DNA of 63,118 nucleotides, filler included, from Octopus bimaculoides (taxonomy: Eukaryota), in assembly GCF_001194135.2 (NCBI RefSeq). It is 7 parts of 6 records of this genome, joined end to end, with 100 filler letters (N's around TTAATTAATTAA, not from the genome) between each part and the next. Parts side by side here need not be neighbours in the genome. Positions count along the whole stretch, not along the records: positions 1 to 10,948 come from NC_068985.1; positions 11,049 to 23,760 come from NC_068987.1; 5 more parts are not named here. The stretch is one strand, 5' to 3'. The notes beneath the pieces were generated by a model. It did no database searches and was not told the origin of the DNA. It saw only the letters and a program-made list of their open reading frames with translations. Shown one piece after another: positions 1 through 13,292 of the stretch (within the stretch, counting starts at the first letter, position 1; every line of letters starts with the position of its first letter). The translations under genes and the position numbers were made by a program.

Positions 1-1637
1 CGTTCGAGAGTTTTTGTGTCTCCTCCTTCGGGTTTTCTTCGAGGAGATCGCTGTATAGTTTTGTCGCCAGGTATTTTTGGCATTTGCCAACTGCCTTGGG
101 AAAAATAGATTTTAGTGTGTGGTGCAAGGTTGGTGCTATGTGTAGTATTTTGATGTGTTCTGGCGGTGTTGTGTACGGATGGTTGCTGGTTTTTATGTCT
201 TCGTTTGTTATGTTTGTCTTTGTGTTGATGTATTCCATCAACTCTGAGTTTTTTGTGTTGATGGCAGTGAGCATTGTGTGTGCGCTTGCTTTTGGGGTTT
301 TATTGCTTGTGTTGTTGTTGTGTGTGATTGTGTTGGTGTCTGGAGTGTTTTCGGGAGTTGTCTATCTCCCTGCTTTGTTTGTGTTTGCTTTTCTTTTCTT
401 GCTCCTCTTCCTCCTTCCTTTCTGGGCTATTTGCCATTCCTCATTGCTTTCGTCTTCCGACGAAGGTTCTGAGAAACCGGAAGGGGGTAGGGGCAAATTG
501 TGAGCGTCTGTGTGTGTTTGTGTGAGTGGTTTTATTGCTGTTTTTGTTGGTGTTGGTTGCTTGTTATTTGTGTGAGGTGTATGTGATGTGAGAGAGGGGG
601 AGACAGTCTTGGAATTTTCTTTTTTTTCTCCTGTTTTCTCACTTGTTGTTTTTGCAGTTGCTGTTGTCTTCTCAGTTGTCGGTGTTGCTTGTATTTCTCT
701 TGTCTTGGTTGTTGATGGTGGTGTTGGTAGTAGGGGTTTTTTCGTGGGTTTTGGTGGTTGCCCTTGTTTCTATTTTTGGTTGGCGGCGGTTGGGCAACTG
801 TCCTTGAGGTGTGCCTCGCTGCCGCATACATAACAACGTGACCGCCTTCCTTCCACCACTACATGTAACTTGTGGTCCTTTGCCAGTTGGATGTGTGGGG
901 GGATCTTTTGGCACTCCACTTCAGTGATGTGGAGGAGGACTTCGATTGTTTTCCTCCTTCCCAGTTTTTCTCCTCTACAGTAGCAATTTCTAATATATTT
1001 GCCTCCTCCATTTCGAGGCATATAGCAGATATTATCCACTGCGTCTCCGCTTGTGAAGGGACATTCTTTACTGTCACCTTCGTCACTCTCTGTCCAAGAT
1101 AACTCGGTATCATCACCAAGTCATCTGTGTGGAGAGAGAGTGTCGAAAATTCCTTCGCTAACTCTTCGCTCTGAAAGCGTACTAGGACCGTGGAGAATTT
1201 GCGTCCCCAAGTAACATGGCTTTGAAAGGGCCATATCGGTTTGAGATAAATCTCAATTTTTTTGGTGGAGAAATTCTCCGGTCTCTTGGTTTTCTTGTTG
1301 ATAAGTCTGTATGATATGTGCTTCTTGTTTGTGTTTTCGATGATTTCTTTTGGTATGTGTATTTGTACAGTGTCACCTTCTTTCGTGAGAAGGGATTTTG
1401 TATCATTGATTTGTTTTTGGGTGAATGTTAATATTCTTCTTTTTTTCTTTCGTTGCATCGGCAAAATTTGTTTTTGTGATGCTGGCAGATATGTTGTTTG
1501 TGGAGTTTGTGGTGTTGTTTATCTTGTTCGTCTTGTAGTTGTTGATGGTGGTGTTGACAGTGGTGTTGGTACTGCCAGGTTCAAAGGTGGTGGTAGTGGC
1601 AGCAGAGTTTGTCGAAGTAGTGGTGGTGTTGGTGTTG
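1..1637 (-). mobile_element. L1/Tx1-like LINE ORF1 (gag-like) remnant, frameshifted, cut by a gap
   Basis: Overlapping minus-strand ORFs 859-1464 and 770-1039 read as one broken Lys/Thr-rich protein with a CX2CX4HX4C zinc knuckle (RCYVCGSEAHLKDSCP), followed by a low-complexity Gln/Thr/Lys tract. Clade assignment is by resemblance. Confidence 0.6.
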
Positions 1638-2380
1638 NNNNNNNNNNNNNNNNNNNNNNNNNNNNNNNNNNNNNNNNNNNNNNNNNNNNNNNNNNNNNNN
1701 NNNNNNNNNNNNNNNNNNNNNNNNNNNNNNNNNNNNNNNNNNNNNNNNNNNNNNNNNNNNNNNNNNNNNNNNNNNNNNNNNNNNNNNNNNNNNNNNNNNN
1801 NNNNNNNNNNNNNNNNNNNNNNNNNNNNNNNNNNNNNNNNNNNNNNNNNNNNNNNNNNNNNNNNNNNNNNNNNNNNNNNNNNNNNNNNNNNNNNNNNNNN
1901 NNNNNNNNNNNNNNNNNNNNNNNNNNNNNNNNNNNNNNNNNNNNNNNNNNNNNNNNNNNNNNNNNNNNNNNNNNNNNNNNNNNNNNNNNNNNNNNNNNNN
2001 NNNNNNNNNNNNNNNNNNNNNNNNNNNNNNNNNNNNNNNNNNNNNNNNNNNNNNNNNNNNNNNNNNNNNNNNNNNNNNNNNNNNNNNNNNNNNNNNNNNN
2101 NNNNNNNNNNNNNNNNNNNNNNNNNNNNNNNNNNNNNNNNNNNNNNNNNNNNNNNNNNNNNNNNNNNNNNTTACAGCATATGGCTAAGATCGAGGAAGAT
2201 GTTTTTGAATTTTTGGAAATAAGGCTCTAAATAGAGCTATTTCCGATTTGAAAAATATATGTTCACGAAGTATTTTGTGTTATACACAACTTATACAAAA
2301 TTTTAAAACAAAATAGGTCTTTTAAGAGGTGAAAAATGCAACTTACATGGGAGCCGATGTGTCTACCGTCCGTCCATGAT

Positions 2381-2460
<80 letters not shown>
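2381..2460. repeat. (GATA)n microsatellite
   Basis: Direct perfect tetranucleotide run; similar runs near 10313-10375, 11693-11778 and 62785-62843. Confidence 0.95.
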
Positions 2461-2726
2461 TATCTGGACTGTAGGGAGCGAGAGAGGCAGTTTTGATGCC
2501 CATATATGTCAAGCAGTGTTGCTTACGAGTCTGGAATGGCGGACAGGTGCATTGTCCTGGTGCGTGTGCTACCGGCCCAAATGAAAGCGCTCTGGCCTTT
2601 TGTAATAAAATCTCTTCATGATCTCCCTCAAAATCTCAATAAAGTTCTCTTTGTTGACCGTCTGGCCAGAGAAAATCCCAGCGAGCGTATATAATGCCCC
2701 CCTTTGTTATAAAAAAAAGAGGATGG

Positions 2727-3296
2727 TCACGGGCTTCCCGGAGTACTTGTTTTGCCTAGCCTTTGGTCTGGAGTAGCCAGGATACTCTCATAGAGTACTT
2801 TAGATCTTAACAGATCATAGCAATAAATCCAGCTAACCAGAAACTCAATTACTCTTGTATCGAAAGTGATGAGCTCAAAATTTTCTGTATCAACCGACAG
2901 TCTTACTTTCTGTTTGTCAGTCAATACCTTGGCAACGAAGTTTGCGCAAATTTTGCGCATATCTCTGTCTTCATAAATAATTCTGTGTACAGCAGTTGTC
3001 ACACCAACTCTAAACTGCATGTTATTGTCTTTATAGGCACATGAAGGTTTTCTATCCAGATAATTGCGAATTTTCCCAACAAGCTCTGATGTTCTGATGT
3101 TCCTCTCCCTCTCACACCTCTCCTCGTCTTTCACCCCCTCTCTACTATCCTTGAACCGCTTGTGCCAGCGAAAAACAGATACTCGGCCCATAGAAGTTAT
3201 TCTGTAAGCAGTCTGGAGCATTTCATAAGTTTCTATGTTTCTGAAGCGTTTTATTCCTAGCTTAACAGAAAACTTTAATGCATAGTGAGCTCCCAA
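2727..3296 (-). mobile_element. mariner-type transposase N-terminal remnant (HTH region)
   Basis: Translation YALKFSVKLG..ETYEMLQTAY..SVFRWHKRFKDSREGVKDEER..RKICANFVAKVLTDKQK matches the mariner N-terminal HTH and the WVP(R/K)-equivalent region; decayed. Confidence 0.85.
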
Positions 3297-3672
3297 ATTG
3301 TCTTCACGTCACGACTGTATTCTGCAAACTAATCATCTGTGACAAGCTGTATTTAGTAGGGAGTACGTCAAGAGCTGTTACAGCTGTCTCCTTCATTCTG
3401 AAAAAAAATGTCCCCTTTCGGTCATGAATGACCATGGTATTGTACCTAGAAAGTTACCCTCCGAGGCACAAGTCCGGGCAAGGTTGTTTATGGAAGACCA
3501 ACAGTTGCCCATGCATACCAGCCTTCCCTCTGCACGCCACCGATGTTATTCAAGAGAAAGGCAAAGGTCGATACAGCTTGGCACCAGTGATGTCCAAACT
3601 CATTTTTACAGCTGAGTGAACTGGAGCAACGTGAAATAAAGTGTCTTGCTTAAGAACACAACACGCAGCCTT

Positions 3673-3896
3673 AAGGCGACGAGTTTGCAGAATCATTAGC
3701 ACGCCGAGCGAAATGCTTATTGGCATTTCGTCTGCCGTTACGTTCTGGGTTCAAATCCCGCCGAGGTCGAATTTGCCTTTCCTTTCATCCTTTCAGTGTC
3801 GATAAATTGGACACCAGTGAAACACTGGAGTCGATATAATCGACTAGTCCCCTCCCTCAAAACTTCAGGCCTTGTGCCTTGAGTAGAAAGGATTAT
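3673..3896 (+). mobile_element. tRNA-derived SINE, family A (~220 bp), full-length copy
   Basis: Head aaggcgacgagtttgcagaatc (A-box-like) and gggttcaaatcc (B-box-like); 3' end ccttgtgccttgagtagaaaggatt. The same sequence recurs more than 15 times in this window. Confidence 0.85.
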
Positions 3897-4544
3897 CAAT
3901 GACTAATTCTTATTTGGAACACATGTCTTATTTTTAGCGATCCATGATCGGTGATACGGGAATCAATGACAAGGTCAATTTCAGATTGACTAAACCTCAA
4001 AACCTAGACAGACGGAAGTAATACCGCAAGACAGTGGAGATTTTGATCACTATTTCTAGCATGTCTAAAAACCATGTAGAACCCTTCCTTGTTGGTTCAT
4101 ATCGGTTTTCATAGACTAGTGTTGCATAGTAAAACAGTAATGCGTGCTTTTTCCTTGTTTAACACATATGAAAGTAAAAAAAAAAAGGAAGTAATATTTT
4201 ATAATGAAATTTTTTTTTAAATAAAGAATAAATATTGAGAAATAGAAGACTCTGTAAATAGACAACTTATAAAACAAAAAATTTAATACTTTATCATGTT
4301 GGTGGTAGGATATAGCTGGAGTTGAGGACACAGAGAGAAAAAAGTCTGTGAAAATAAACAACACTATGGAAATAAAAGTAAAAATTATAAACGAAAAACG
4401 AGATAAATTTTCTAAGGACTCGATAAAGAAATATGACGGCATCATGCTATGAAAGTGAACCGCATACGTAATTGGTTCCTTTGCAGTATCAGGTTCATAT
4501 GCTCGCGAATTTGGGCGTGTATGTATATATCTGTGTATGGGTAA

Positions 4545-4575
<31 letters not shown>

Positions 4576-5309
4576 TGTATGTATGTATGTATGTATGTAT
4601 GTATGCGTATGCATGTATGTATGTACGTATGCGTATATTTGCTTGCGTACGTACGTGCTTGTGTACTTTGTAGCTATTGGATATCGCAGAATATGCGAGA
4701 GTGGAGGGGTAAATATAATATAGTTCATATTATATTACTGCTTGTGTGTGGTTTTATAAGCTGCAAGATATCCGGTTATGTATGGGCTTTATGGCTTATC
4801 GATTACTGTTGGATATTTGATTTATCATCAGTCTTAAATAATTACAAGATAGTTATTACATCTTACAGTTATGATGTAGCCGTCTGGTTCAGAAGATAGC
4901 TTTGTTAACTAACGTTGTGCTGGGTTAAATCACACGGCACGTTTTGTACTGTAGGACAGGGTTGGTGAAGGCAAGTTGAGTCAAATCTGAGAAAACGAAA
5001 CTGCGCAGAAGCCCGTCATTCTTTCTTATTCTTCTTTTTGCTGGTTTTGATCATTGGACTGCTGTCATACTGGAGCACCGTCTCAAATATTCTTTCATTA
5101 GTTGATCATATTGACGCCGGTACTTATTTTAAACCATGCGTCATTTTATTGGTTTCAATGTTTCGAATCATTTACTTACTGAACATAAACCACACTGCCT
5201 GGTGTGTCTTGGCCAGTGATAAGTCAAACACGGTGAGGGGAATGCGCCAGACATATATGGATACATACATACACACATGTACACACACAAGCATACATAG
5301 ATATATACA

Positions 5310-5357
<48 letters not shown>

Positions 5358-5925
5358 NNNNNNNNNNNNNNNNNNNNNNNNNNNNNNNNNNNNNNNNNNN
5401 NNNNNNNNNNNNNNNNNNNNNNNNNNNNNNNNNNNNNNNNNNNNNNNNNNNNNNNNNNNNNNNNNNNNNNNNNNNNNNNNNNNNNNNNNNNNNNNNNNNN
5501 NNNNNNNNNNNNNNNNNNNNNNNNNNNNNNNNNNNNNNNNNNNNNNNNNNNNNNNNNNNNNNNNNNNNNNNNNNNNNNNNNNNNNNNNNNNNNNNNNNNN
5601 NNNNNNNNNNNNNNNNNNNNNNNNNNNNNNNNNNNNNNNNNNNNNNNNNNNNNNNNNNNNNNNNNNNNNNNNNNNNNNNNNNNNNNNNNNNNNNNNNNNN
5701 NNNNNNNNNNNNNNNNNNNNNNNNNNNNNNNNNNNNNNNNNNNNNNNNNNNNNNNNNNNNNNNNNNNNNNNNNNNNNNNNNNNNNNNNNNNNNNNNNNNN
5801 NNNNNNNNNNNNNNNNNNNNNNNNNNNNNNNNNNNNNNNNNNNNNNNNNNNNNNNNNNNNNNNNNNNNNNNNNNNNNNNNNNNNNNNNNNNNNNNNNNNN
5901 NNNTTTACACGCCGTTATTATATAT

Positions 5926-6640
5926 TGTTATAGGTCTGCCCGTGCGGGAGAACCAAGATTCGTTAAGTTGTTAAATTGTTGAATTCCGTCGCTGTTTTGC
6001 CTGTTTTGGAAATTGTTTCTTCCCCAGTTGTGGGTGAAGTGGTGAAAGGAGGGGAAATGGAGCGTGTCACAAGTTATGCATCCGCAACTACACAAGGTAT
6101 TACGACCAACACCCTTGAAGTTCGCGAAATAAAAATAAACACAAAGGAATGGAAAAAGGGAAACAAATTGTTACAAAAGGAAGGGGCCAGTTTAAAGCTG
6201 ACCCCACCAGAAGAAGTGACGAAGAATGTAGCAAGGAAAACGGTTGTGTAAAGGACGTTATCAACCGCTACCAATAAAATAGAGATTGCCCCAATAGAGG
6301 CAATTGAGGAATGTCTACGTGACGTGAAAGGACTAACCACCTTCTATACACATGGAAGAAACAATGTATAATGAAATCATCGTTTTCATTATACGTTTTT
6401 TTTTCCATTCGTTTTATGTTTTTTGTCCCCACTGTGGTGTTGTGTCTGTCCTTGTGCTGTCCCCTCTGTGTGAATAGCAGCAGTGCCACAATAAAGAACG
6501 AGCGTGTCGGTGAGCTGTATAAAGCTGAGAGTTGCGTATTGTCGAATGTAATTACAAGTATTGTGTATCTTGAGTAGAACGATTTGGGAGGACGTTATTT
6601 ATTATCCCGTTATATCGTACGTCGAATGTGCGATACAACA
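5926..6640 (+). mobile_element. putative 5' LTR of a Ty3/gypsy element
   Basis: Begins TGTTATA and ends TACAACA (TGTT..AACA termini), contains AATAAA near 6491, and is followed at 6642 by a PBS-like TGGCATCGAGG and then gag. Confidence 0.55.
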
Positions 6641-6705
6641 GTGGCATCGAGGTTTCGAACAGTACTGAAGATTCGAACAATATTGAAACTGAAAATAGTA
6701 CCAAA

Positions 6706-7373
6706 ATGGAAGAGTCACTGAAAGGAGTCGTAAAACAACAAGAGCAGCAGCAACTATAGAAGTTAACAGATTTGTTGCTGCAGTCGAGAAATACAACAGA
6801 ATCATTTTCAGCGGATGGTGTTACAAACTCCATCGAAGAATTTCTGTACAAACCGGATGAAGGAACTACCTTCACCGCGTATTACAGACGATACGAGTAC
6901 ATATTCAGAGAGGAATACAAAGGATGGTCTAGTTAAAGGAAGGTAAGGCTCCTTTTGCGTAAACTTGCCCCTGCGGAACACGAAAGTTTTTGTAACTTTA
7001 TTTTGCCGAGAAAGACCGCAGAATTGGGTTTTGATGAAACGATAAATATTTTGACTAATATTTTTAGCAGAAAAGTTCGCAGTTCAACATTCGGTGGGAA
7101 TGTTGAAATTTAAAGAAGAATGAGTCTGACGAATTTGTAACATATGCCGGTGTTGTTAATAAGGCTTGTGAAAGGTTTAAGCTTGGAGAATTAACACCAG
7201 ATATGTTCAAATGTCTAATGTTCGTTTGAGGACTTGTGGTAATGGAAGTCGCAGAAATTAGAAAAAGAATATTATCAAAGTTGAATCAAGAAGTTGAACT
7301 TAACCTTGCAGAAAGTGGCTGAGGAAGCCAACAAATTATAAACCTTCGAGAAAATACAAGAAAAATAGAAGAC

Positions 7374-7431
<58 letters not shown>

Positions 7432-8450
7432 TACAAACGTGTTAAGAGTATTGAATGGAAAAAAGACAGATAAATCCAAAACCGTGCTATGGTTGCGGAG
7501 ACCTGCATTTTAAGAAAGATTGCCCTTTTAAAGATAAATGTTTTAAGTGCGGTAAAATTGGGCATAGACAGCCAAAAAGCTGGTTGAAGTAAAATGTAAA
7601 ATATGAGAAACCGAAGAAAGTCTACTCAACAAAAATAAATTATACCATAGAAAACCGAAAATTTGTGTAGGTAAAAATAAATGGTTTTCAGACGAAAATG
7701 CAATTAGATACCGGTTCAGACGTTTCGATAATTAATACGGCAACATGGATTAAGATAGGAAGACCAGTATACAAAAAAACTACTAAGATAGCTTACGGTG
7801 TGTCAGAAGAACGAGTTCAATTCTTGGGCAAAATTTCGCCAGAAATAAAACTTAAAGAAATAACGGTATCTAAAAATAGAATGAATTTGTTCGGTACAGA
7901 TTTAATGGAAGAATTCGACCTCTGGGATCTACCATTTGATACATTATGTAAGAAAGTGAATGTAATGCGTTGGAAAAATTGAAATTAAAATTAATGATGC
8001 AGTCGAAGGAACTCGGAACGTGTAAAAAATCAAAGTAAAGTTTGAGTTTAACGAAAATGCGGTGCCGGTGTTCAAACTGAAAAGGAATGTGCCTTTTGCG
8101 GCGTGAAATCAAGTTGAGAAGGAACTAAAAAGATCGGAAGACACGGAGGTAATTTAAAAAGTATATTACTTAGAGTGGGCGGCTCCTATTGTATATATAA
8201 AAAAGAAAAACAATAAAATAAGAGTATGTACGAACTTTTCAACAGGTCTTAATGATTGTTTAAAAAAAATACAACTATCCGCTTCCAAGTGCAGAAGAAA
8301 TATTTGCTAAGTGCAATGGTGGGAAAACTTTTTCCGAGCTGGATTTGTCAGAGGCCTACCTCCAATTACTGGAGATGTGGAATATGCTAAAGTATTAACA
8401 ATTAATACTCATAAAGGTTTGTACCGTTTCAAAAGACTGCCATTTCATTT
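6706..8450 (+). mobile_element. Ty3/gypsy gag-protease-RT remnant with stops and frameshifts, 3'-truncated
   Basis: Gag-like FTAYYRRYEYIFREE..KVRLLLRKL; Zn-knuckle region CYGCGDLHFKKDCP..CFKCGKIGH; aspartic protease MQLDTGSDVSII; RT motifs WAAPIV, YPLPSAEEIFAK..FSELDLSEAYLQL and INTHKGLYRFKRLPF. Confidence 0.9.
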
Positions 8451-9177
8451 TTACCAAATAATTTAGGAAAATGAATGGGTTATTTCCCTTGGCTATATAT
8501 AAGGATCCCTTCCAGGGGTGAATGGGTTATTTCCCTTAGTTTTAAAATCAAATATATCAGATATATAATGATCCCTTCCAGGGACCCTATTATCGATTTT
8601 TTTAAACAATCTGAGTATGCCATGAGGTTTCCAGCCAAGAGTTCTACTCACGTGTCAAGTTTCAGCAAGATCGAACTCCACAAACACACCCACAGACGGA
8701 ATTTCCCACATATGTAGTAGATGTATGTAAACATGTATATGTGTACAGATAAACACCGCAAACCCTGCCTCACTACTCTATTGGTGAATTACTAACAGGC
8801 GTATGATCCAAAAGCATCTTCCCACATGTATCAGCAAAATGTACAATTTATAGAACTGAATCGCTTTATGTGGCCGAAAGAGGTTTCTTCTGCAATATGG
8901 GGTGCATTCAATTCCATTACATCGTTCCGCATCCACAAGAGAGTAGCGAGAAGTAAGCCGAAACGATCGTTGTCCTAAACAAAGCTTCAAGTACACTCTG
9001 GCTTCCGTATTAATCATTTTGAATACACTCAACATGCACCCAGGAATTTCTTACGTACATCCAGCAATGAAAGTGCACTACCGCAGATGTCGCCTGATAG
9101 CCGTAAGCGATGGACTTGTTCTGTCGGCACACTACAAGGGACATTCTCATAACGATATTTAGATACTACACCTTAAA

Positions 9178-9213
<36 letters not shown>

Positions 9214-10309
9214 NNNNNNNNNNNNNNNNNNNNNNNNNNNNNNNNNNNNNNNNNNNNNNNNNNNNNNNNNNNNNNNNNNNNNNNNNNNNNNNNNNNNNNN
9301 NNNNNNNNNNNNNNNNNNNNNNNNNNNNNNNNNNNNNNNNNNNNNNNNNNNNNNNNNNNNNNNNNNNNNNNNNNNNNNNNNNNNNNNNNNNNNNNNNNNN
9401 NNNNNNNNNNNNNNNNNNNNNNNNNNNNNNNNNNNNNNNNNNNNNNNNNNNNNNNNNNNNNNNNNNNNNNNNNNNNNNNNNNNNNNNNNNNNNNNNNNNN
9501 NNNNNNNNNNNNNNNNNNNNNNNNNNNNNNNNNNNNNNNNNNNNNNNNNNNNNNNNNNNNNNNNNNNNNNNNNNNNNNNNNNNNNNNNNNNNNNNNNNNN
9601 NNNNNNNNNNNNNNNNNNNNNNNNNNNNNNNNNNNNNNNNNNNNNNNNNNNNNNNNNNNNNNNNNNNNNNNNNNNNNNNNNNNNNNNNNNNNNNNNNNNN
9701 NNNNNNNNNNNNNNNNNNNNNNNNNNNNNNNNNNNNNNNNNNNNNNNNNNNNNNNNNNNNNNNNNNNNNNNNNNNNNNNNNNNNNNNNNNNNNNNNNNNN
9801 NNNNNNNNNNNNNNNNNNNNNNNNNNNNNNNNNNNNNNNNNNNNNNNNNNNNNNNNNNNNNNNNNNNNNNNNNNNNNNNNNNNNNNNNNNNNNNNNNNNN
9901 NNNNNNNNNNNNNNNNNNNNNNNNNNNNNNNNNNNNNNNNNNNNNNNNNNNNNNNNNNNNNNNNNNNNNNNNNNNNNNNNNNNNNNNNNNNNNNNNNNNN
10001 NNNNNNNNNNNNNNNNNNNNNNNNNNNNNNNNNNNNNNNNNNNNNNNNNNNNNNNNNNNNNNNNNNNNNNNNNNNNNNNNNNNNNNNNNNNNNNNNNNNN
10101 NNNNNNNNNNNNNNNNNNNNNNNNNNNNNNNNNNNNNNNNNNNNNNNNNNNNNNNNNNNNNNNNNNNNNNNNNNNNNNNNNNNNATACAGCCATATATAT
10201 AATTATTAATTTAATGTATAAATTACCTATAAATTTTTATTGCATGCTTACTACCTGATAAAAATCATTAACGTGATTTTATCCTTATATTCTAGTATGA
10301 ATTATAAAT

Positions 10310-10376
<67 letters not shown>

Positions 10377-10768
10377 CCTTGAATGGTAAAACAAAATAAA
10401 CATGGAGTTGTTGATGTTGACTCACTTGCTCTATACTGTTAACTCCGTTATATTAGACAGATCCTGAATATCTCTAATAACAGTATACTGTAGGAGTCAG
10501 TTGATTTCTTTCAGCAGACGAGTGAAGACTTGGTTATACAGTAAACAAATCGTTGGTGACTTAGTTCTGTGGTAAACAAACGGACGAGGTCTCGGCTGTA
10601 TGGTGTAAACAAATCGAAGAGTGTGCATCGGTGCGACAGAATAGCAATGGCGCGCATGATGGTTGTATAACACATATCTAGTTTCACTCAGCGGGTACTC
10701 CCTGTTGATGTCAACACTATCTCATTCTCACGAGTACATACACTCATCACACAGTTACAAACACAAAT

Positions 10769-10815
<47 letters not shown>

Positions 10816-10948
10816 CACACACAACACAGAGACATGCACACACACATACACACGGACATGCACACACACACACACGTACACACACATGCACACACATACA
10901 CACACATACATGCACACACATAGACACACACATACCAAAACATACACA

Positions 10949-11048
10949 NNNNNNNNNNNNNNNNNNNNNNNNNNNNNNNNNNNNNNNNNNNNTTAATTAA
11001 TTAANNNNNNNNNNNNNNNNNNNNNNNNNNNNNNNNNNNNNNNNNNNN
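10949..11048. other. assembly gap with inserted TTAATTAATTAA marker (artefact)
   Basis: About 100-bp N-run with a central TTAATTAATTAA at 10993; the same construct occurs at 23805, 28355, 37668, 47327 and 59072. Confidence 0.95.
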
Positions 11049-11694
11049 ATATATATATATATATATATATATACATACATACATATTCAATATATATGCA
11101 GATATATATCTGTGTGTATGTGAAGTGTGTGTGTGTGTGTGTTTGTGTGTGTGTATTATGTGTGCGCATAGAGACTTGGTAACAGCTTGCTAGCAAAAGT
11201 GCAGTCAGTCGATTTCTCCACATATCAGATGCCAGTTGGTTGCAGGGGTCATCAGGAAAGGATGCGCACTGTTTCGGGGCCTTTCTCTCGACGGTCTTAC
11301 AGCGCATTGACTCCCCTCACTGATGCAAGGCCTCCATCTACTGTTTCGATTGACTAGTGACCCGGGACCATCATCTCTCCCGCCAGGTTTCACCATTCCT
11401 TTTCAGCCATATTCAATAGATGGCCTCTTAACTGCGCTTCAAGATGGTGTTTGCTTAACGATGCTGAACACCAATTGATACCAGTCACCGTCTCAGTTTG
11501 GCCCCATTAAAGCCTTACAACCAATCCCTACATCCAGCCAGCATCTTATACAGTCTTCTAGTTGCGTCTCACAACACTCGTCTTTCCTAATCTAACAATG
11601 TGTGTGTGTGTGCGTGCGTGCGTGTGCGTGTGTTTATGTATAGTTGTGTATGTGAATATGTATAGATGAGTGTATACATATATGCATACATTTT

Positions 11695-11778
<84 letters not shown>

Positions 11779-12978
11779 CTCATCCACACACAGAGAAACA
11801 CACAAACGCTATGTACACTAACTTACATATTTAAGTATACTTCCAAACAAATCTTTCTTCACTAAAGCGTACACACTCGCATGCAGACGCGCACACACTT
11901 ACACTCACGCACACACATACATTCAACACGTACATACATACACTCTGCTGTGTCATATTACCATGCTACCACACGCCAGGGTAAGAATGGCAGCTACCGC
12001 CATCTGTTATCGCGGAATTCTCACAGATATCACTTTACACTGACTAACCTTTTGTACCTTTGATCACCTCCTTTCCTTCTCCAGGTGTTACCCACTACCA
12101 AACCTCAACACCCCTCTCTCTCTCTCCCCTNNNNNNNNNNNNNNNNNNNNNNNNNNNNNNNNNNNNNNNNNNNNNNNNNNNNNNNNNNNNNNNNNNNNNN
12201 NNNNNNNNNNNNNNNNNNNNNNNNNNNNNNNNNNNNNNNNNNNNNNNNNNNNNNNNNNNNNNNNNNNNNNNNNNNNNNNNNNNNNNNNNNNNNNNNNNNN
12301 NNNNNNNNNNNNNNNNNNNNNNNNNNNNNNNNNNNNNNNNNNNNNNNNNNNNNNNNNNNNNNNNNNNNNNNNNNNNNNNNNNNNNNNNNNNNNNNNNNNN
12401 NNNNNNNNNNNNNNNNNNNNNNNNNNNNNNNNNNNNNNNNNNNNNNNNNNNNNNNNNNNNNNNNNNNNNNNNNNNNNNNNNNNNNNNNNNNNNNNNNNNN
12501 NNNNNNNNNNNNNNNNNNNNNNNNNNNNNNNNNNNNNNNNNNNNNNNNNNNNNNNNNNNNNNNNNNNNNNNNNNNNNNNNNNNNNNNNNNNNNNNNNNNN
12601 NNNNNNNNNNNNNNNNNNNNNNNNNNNNNNNNNNNNNNNNNNNNNNNNNNNNNNNNNNNNNNNNNNNNNNNNNNNNNNNNNNNNNNNNNNNNNNNNNNNN
12701 NNNNNNNNNNNNNNNNNNNNNNNNNNNNNNNNNNNNNNNNNNNNNNNNNNNNNNNNNNNNNNNNNNNNNNNNNNNNNNNNNNNNNNNNNNNNNNNNNNNN
12801 NNNNNNNNNNNNNNNNNNNNNNNNNNNNNNNNNNNNNNNNNNNNNNNNNNNNNNNNNNNNNNNNNNNNNNNNNNNNNNNNNNNNNNNNNNNNNNNNNNNN
12901 NNNNNNNNNNNNNNNNNNNNNNNNNNNNNNNNNNNNNNNNNNNNNNNNNNNNNNNNNNNNNNNNNNNNNNNNNNNNNN

Positions 12979-13010
<32 letters not shown>

Positions 13011-13235
13011 AGAGAGAGAGAGAGAGAGAGAGAGGCAAATGAAAAATGAAAGATAACGAAACAACAAAATTTAAAAAGACGTACACATGGAATGTATTAA
13101 CTTGATGCTCAGTATTAGATGGAAAATGAATAGGTCTATGGTTGTATCGTTATACAACCTTTCTGTCTCCCTTCATCGGAGACAGAAATAGTAGAGGAAT
13201 CGATTATTATATCTATAAGAGGAGAGTTATAGGAG

Positions 13236-13292
13236 TGCTATCCCGATGAAGGGATGCATCGGATTTTTCCCTGAAACAGCTGTAAGACTTTA
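13236..13292 (+). ncRNA. decayed hammerhead-like motif (U4C variant)
   Basis: CCGATGA-AGGGA(loop)TCCCT-GAAA-CAGCTG-TA, with palindromic helix III ACAGCTGT; helix I is poorly formed. Confidence 0.4.

Noticed and set aside
3673-3896. A/B-box motifs as tRNA genes
   Set aside because: No cloverleaf seen; they are heads of multi-copy SINEs.
8590-9180. Possible Helentron-like end (..atatgtagtagat) and adjacent coding-like sequence
   Set aside because: Resemblance too weak; no hairpin or partner end verified.
10993-11004. Recurrent TTAATTAATTAA motif (six copies), which could be mistaken for a conserved element
   Set aside because: Always centred in a ~100-bp N-run; an assembler gap marker with stops in all six frames.
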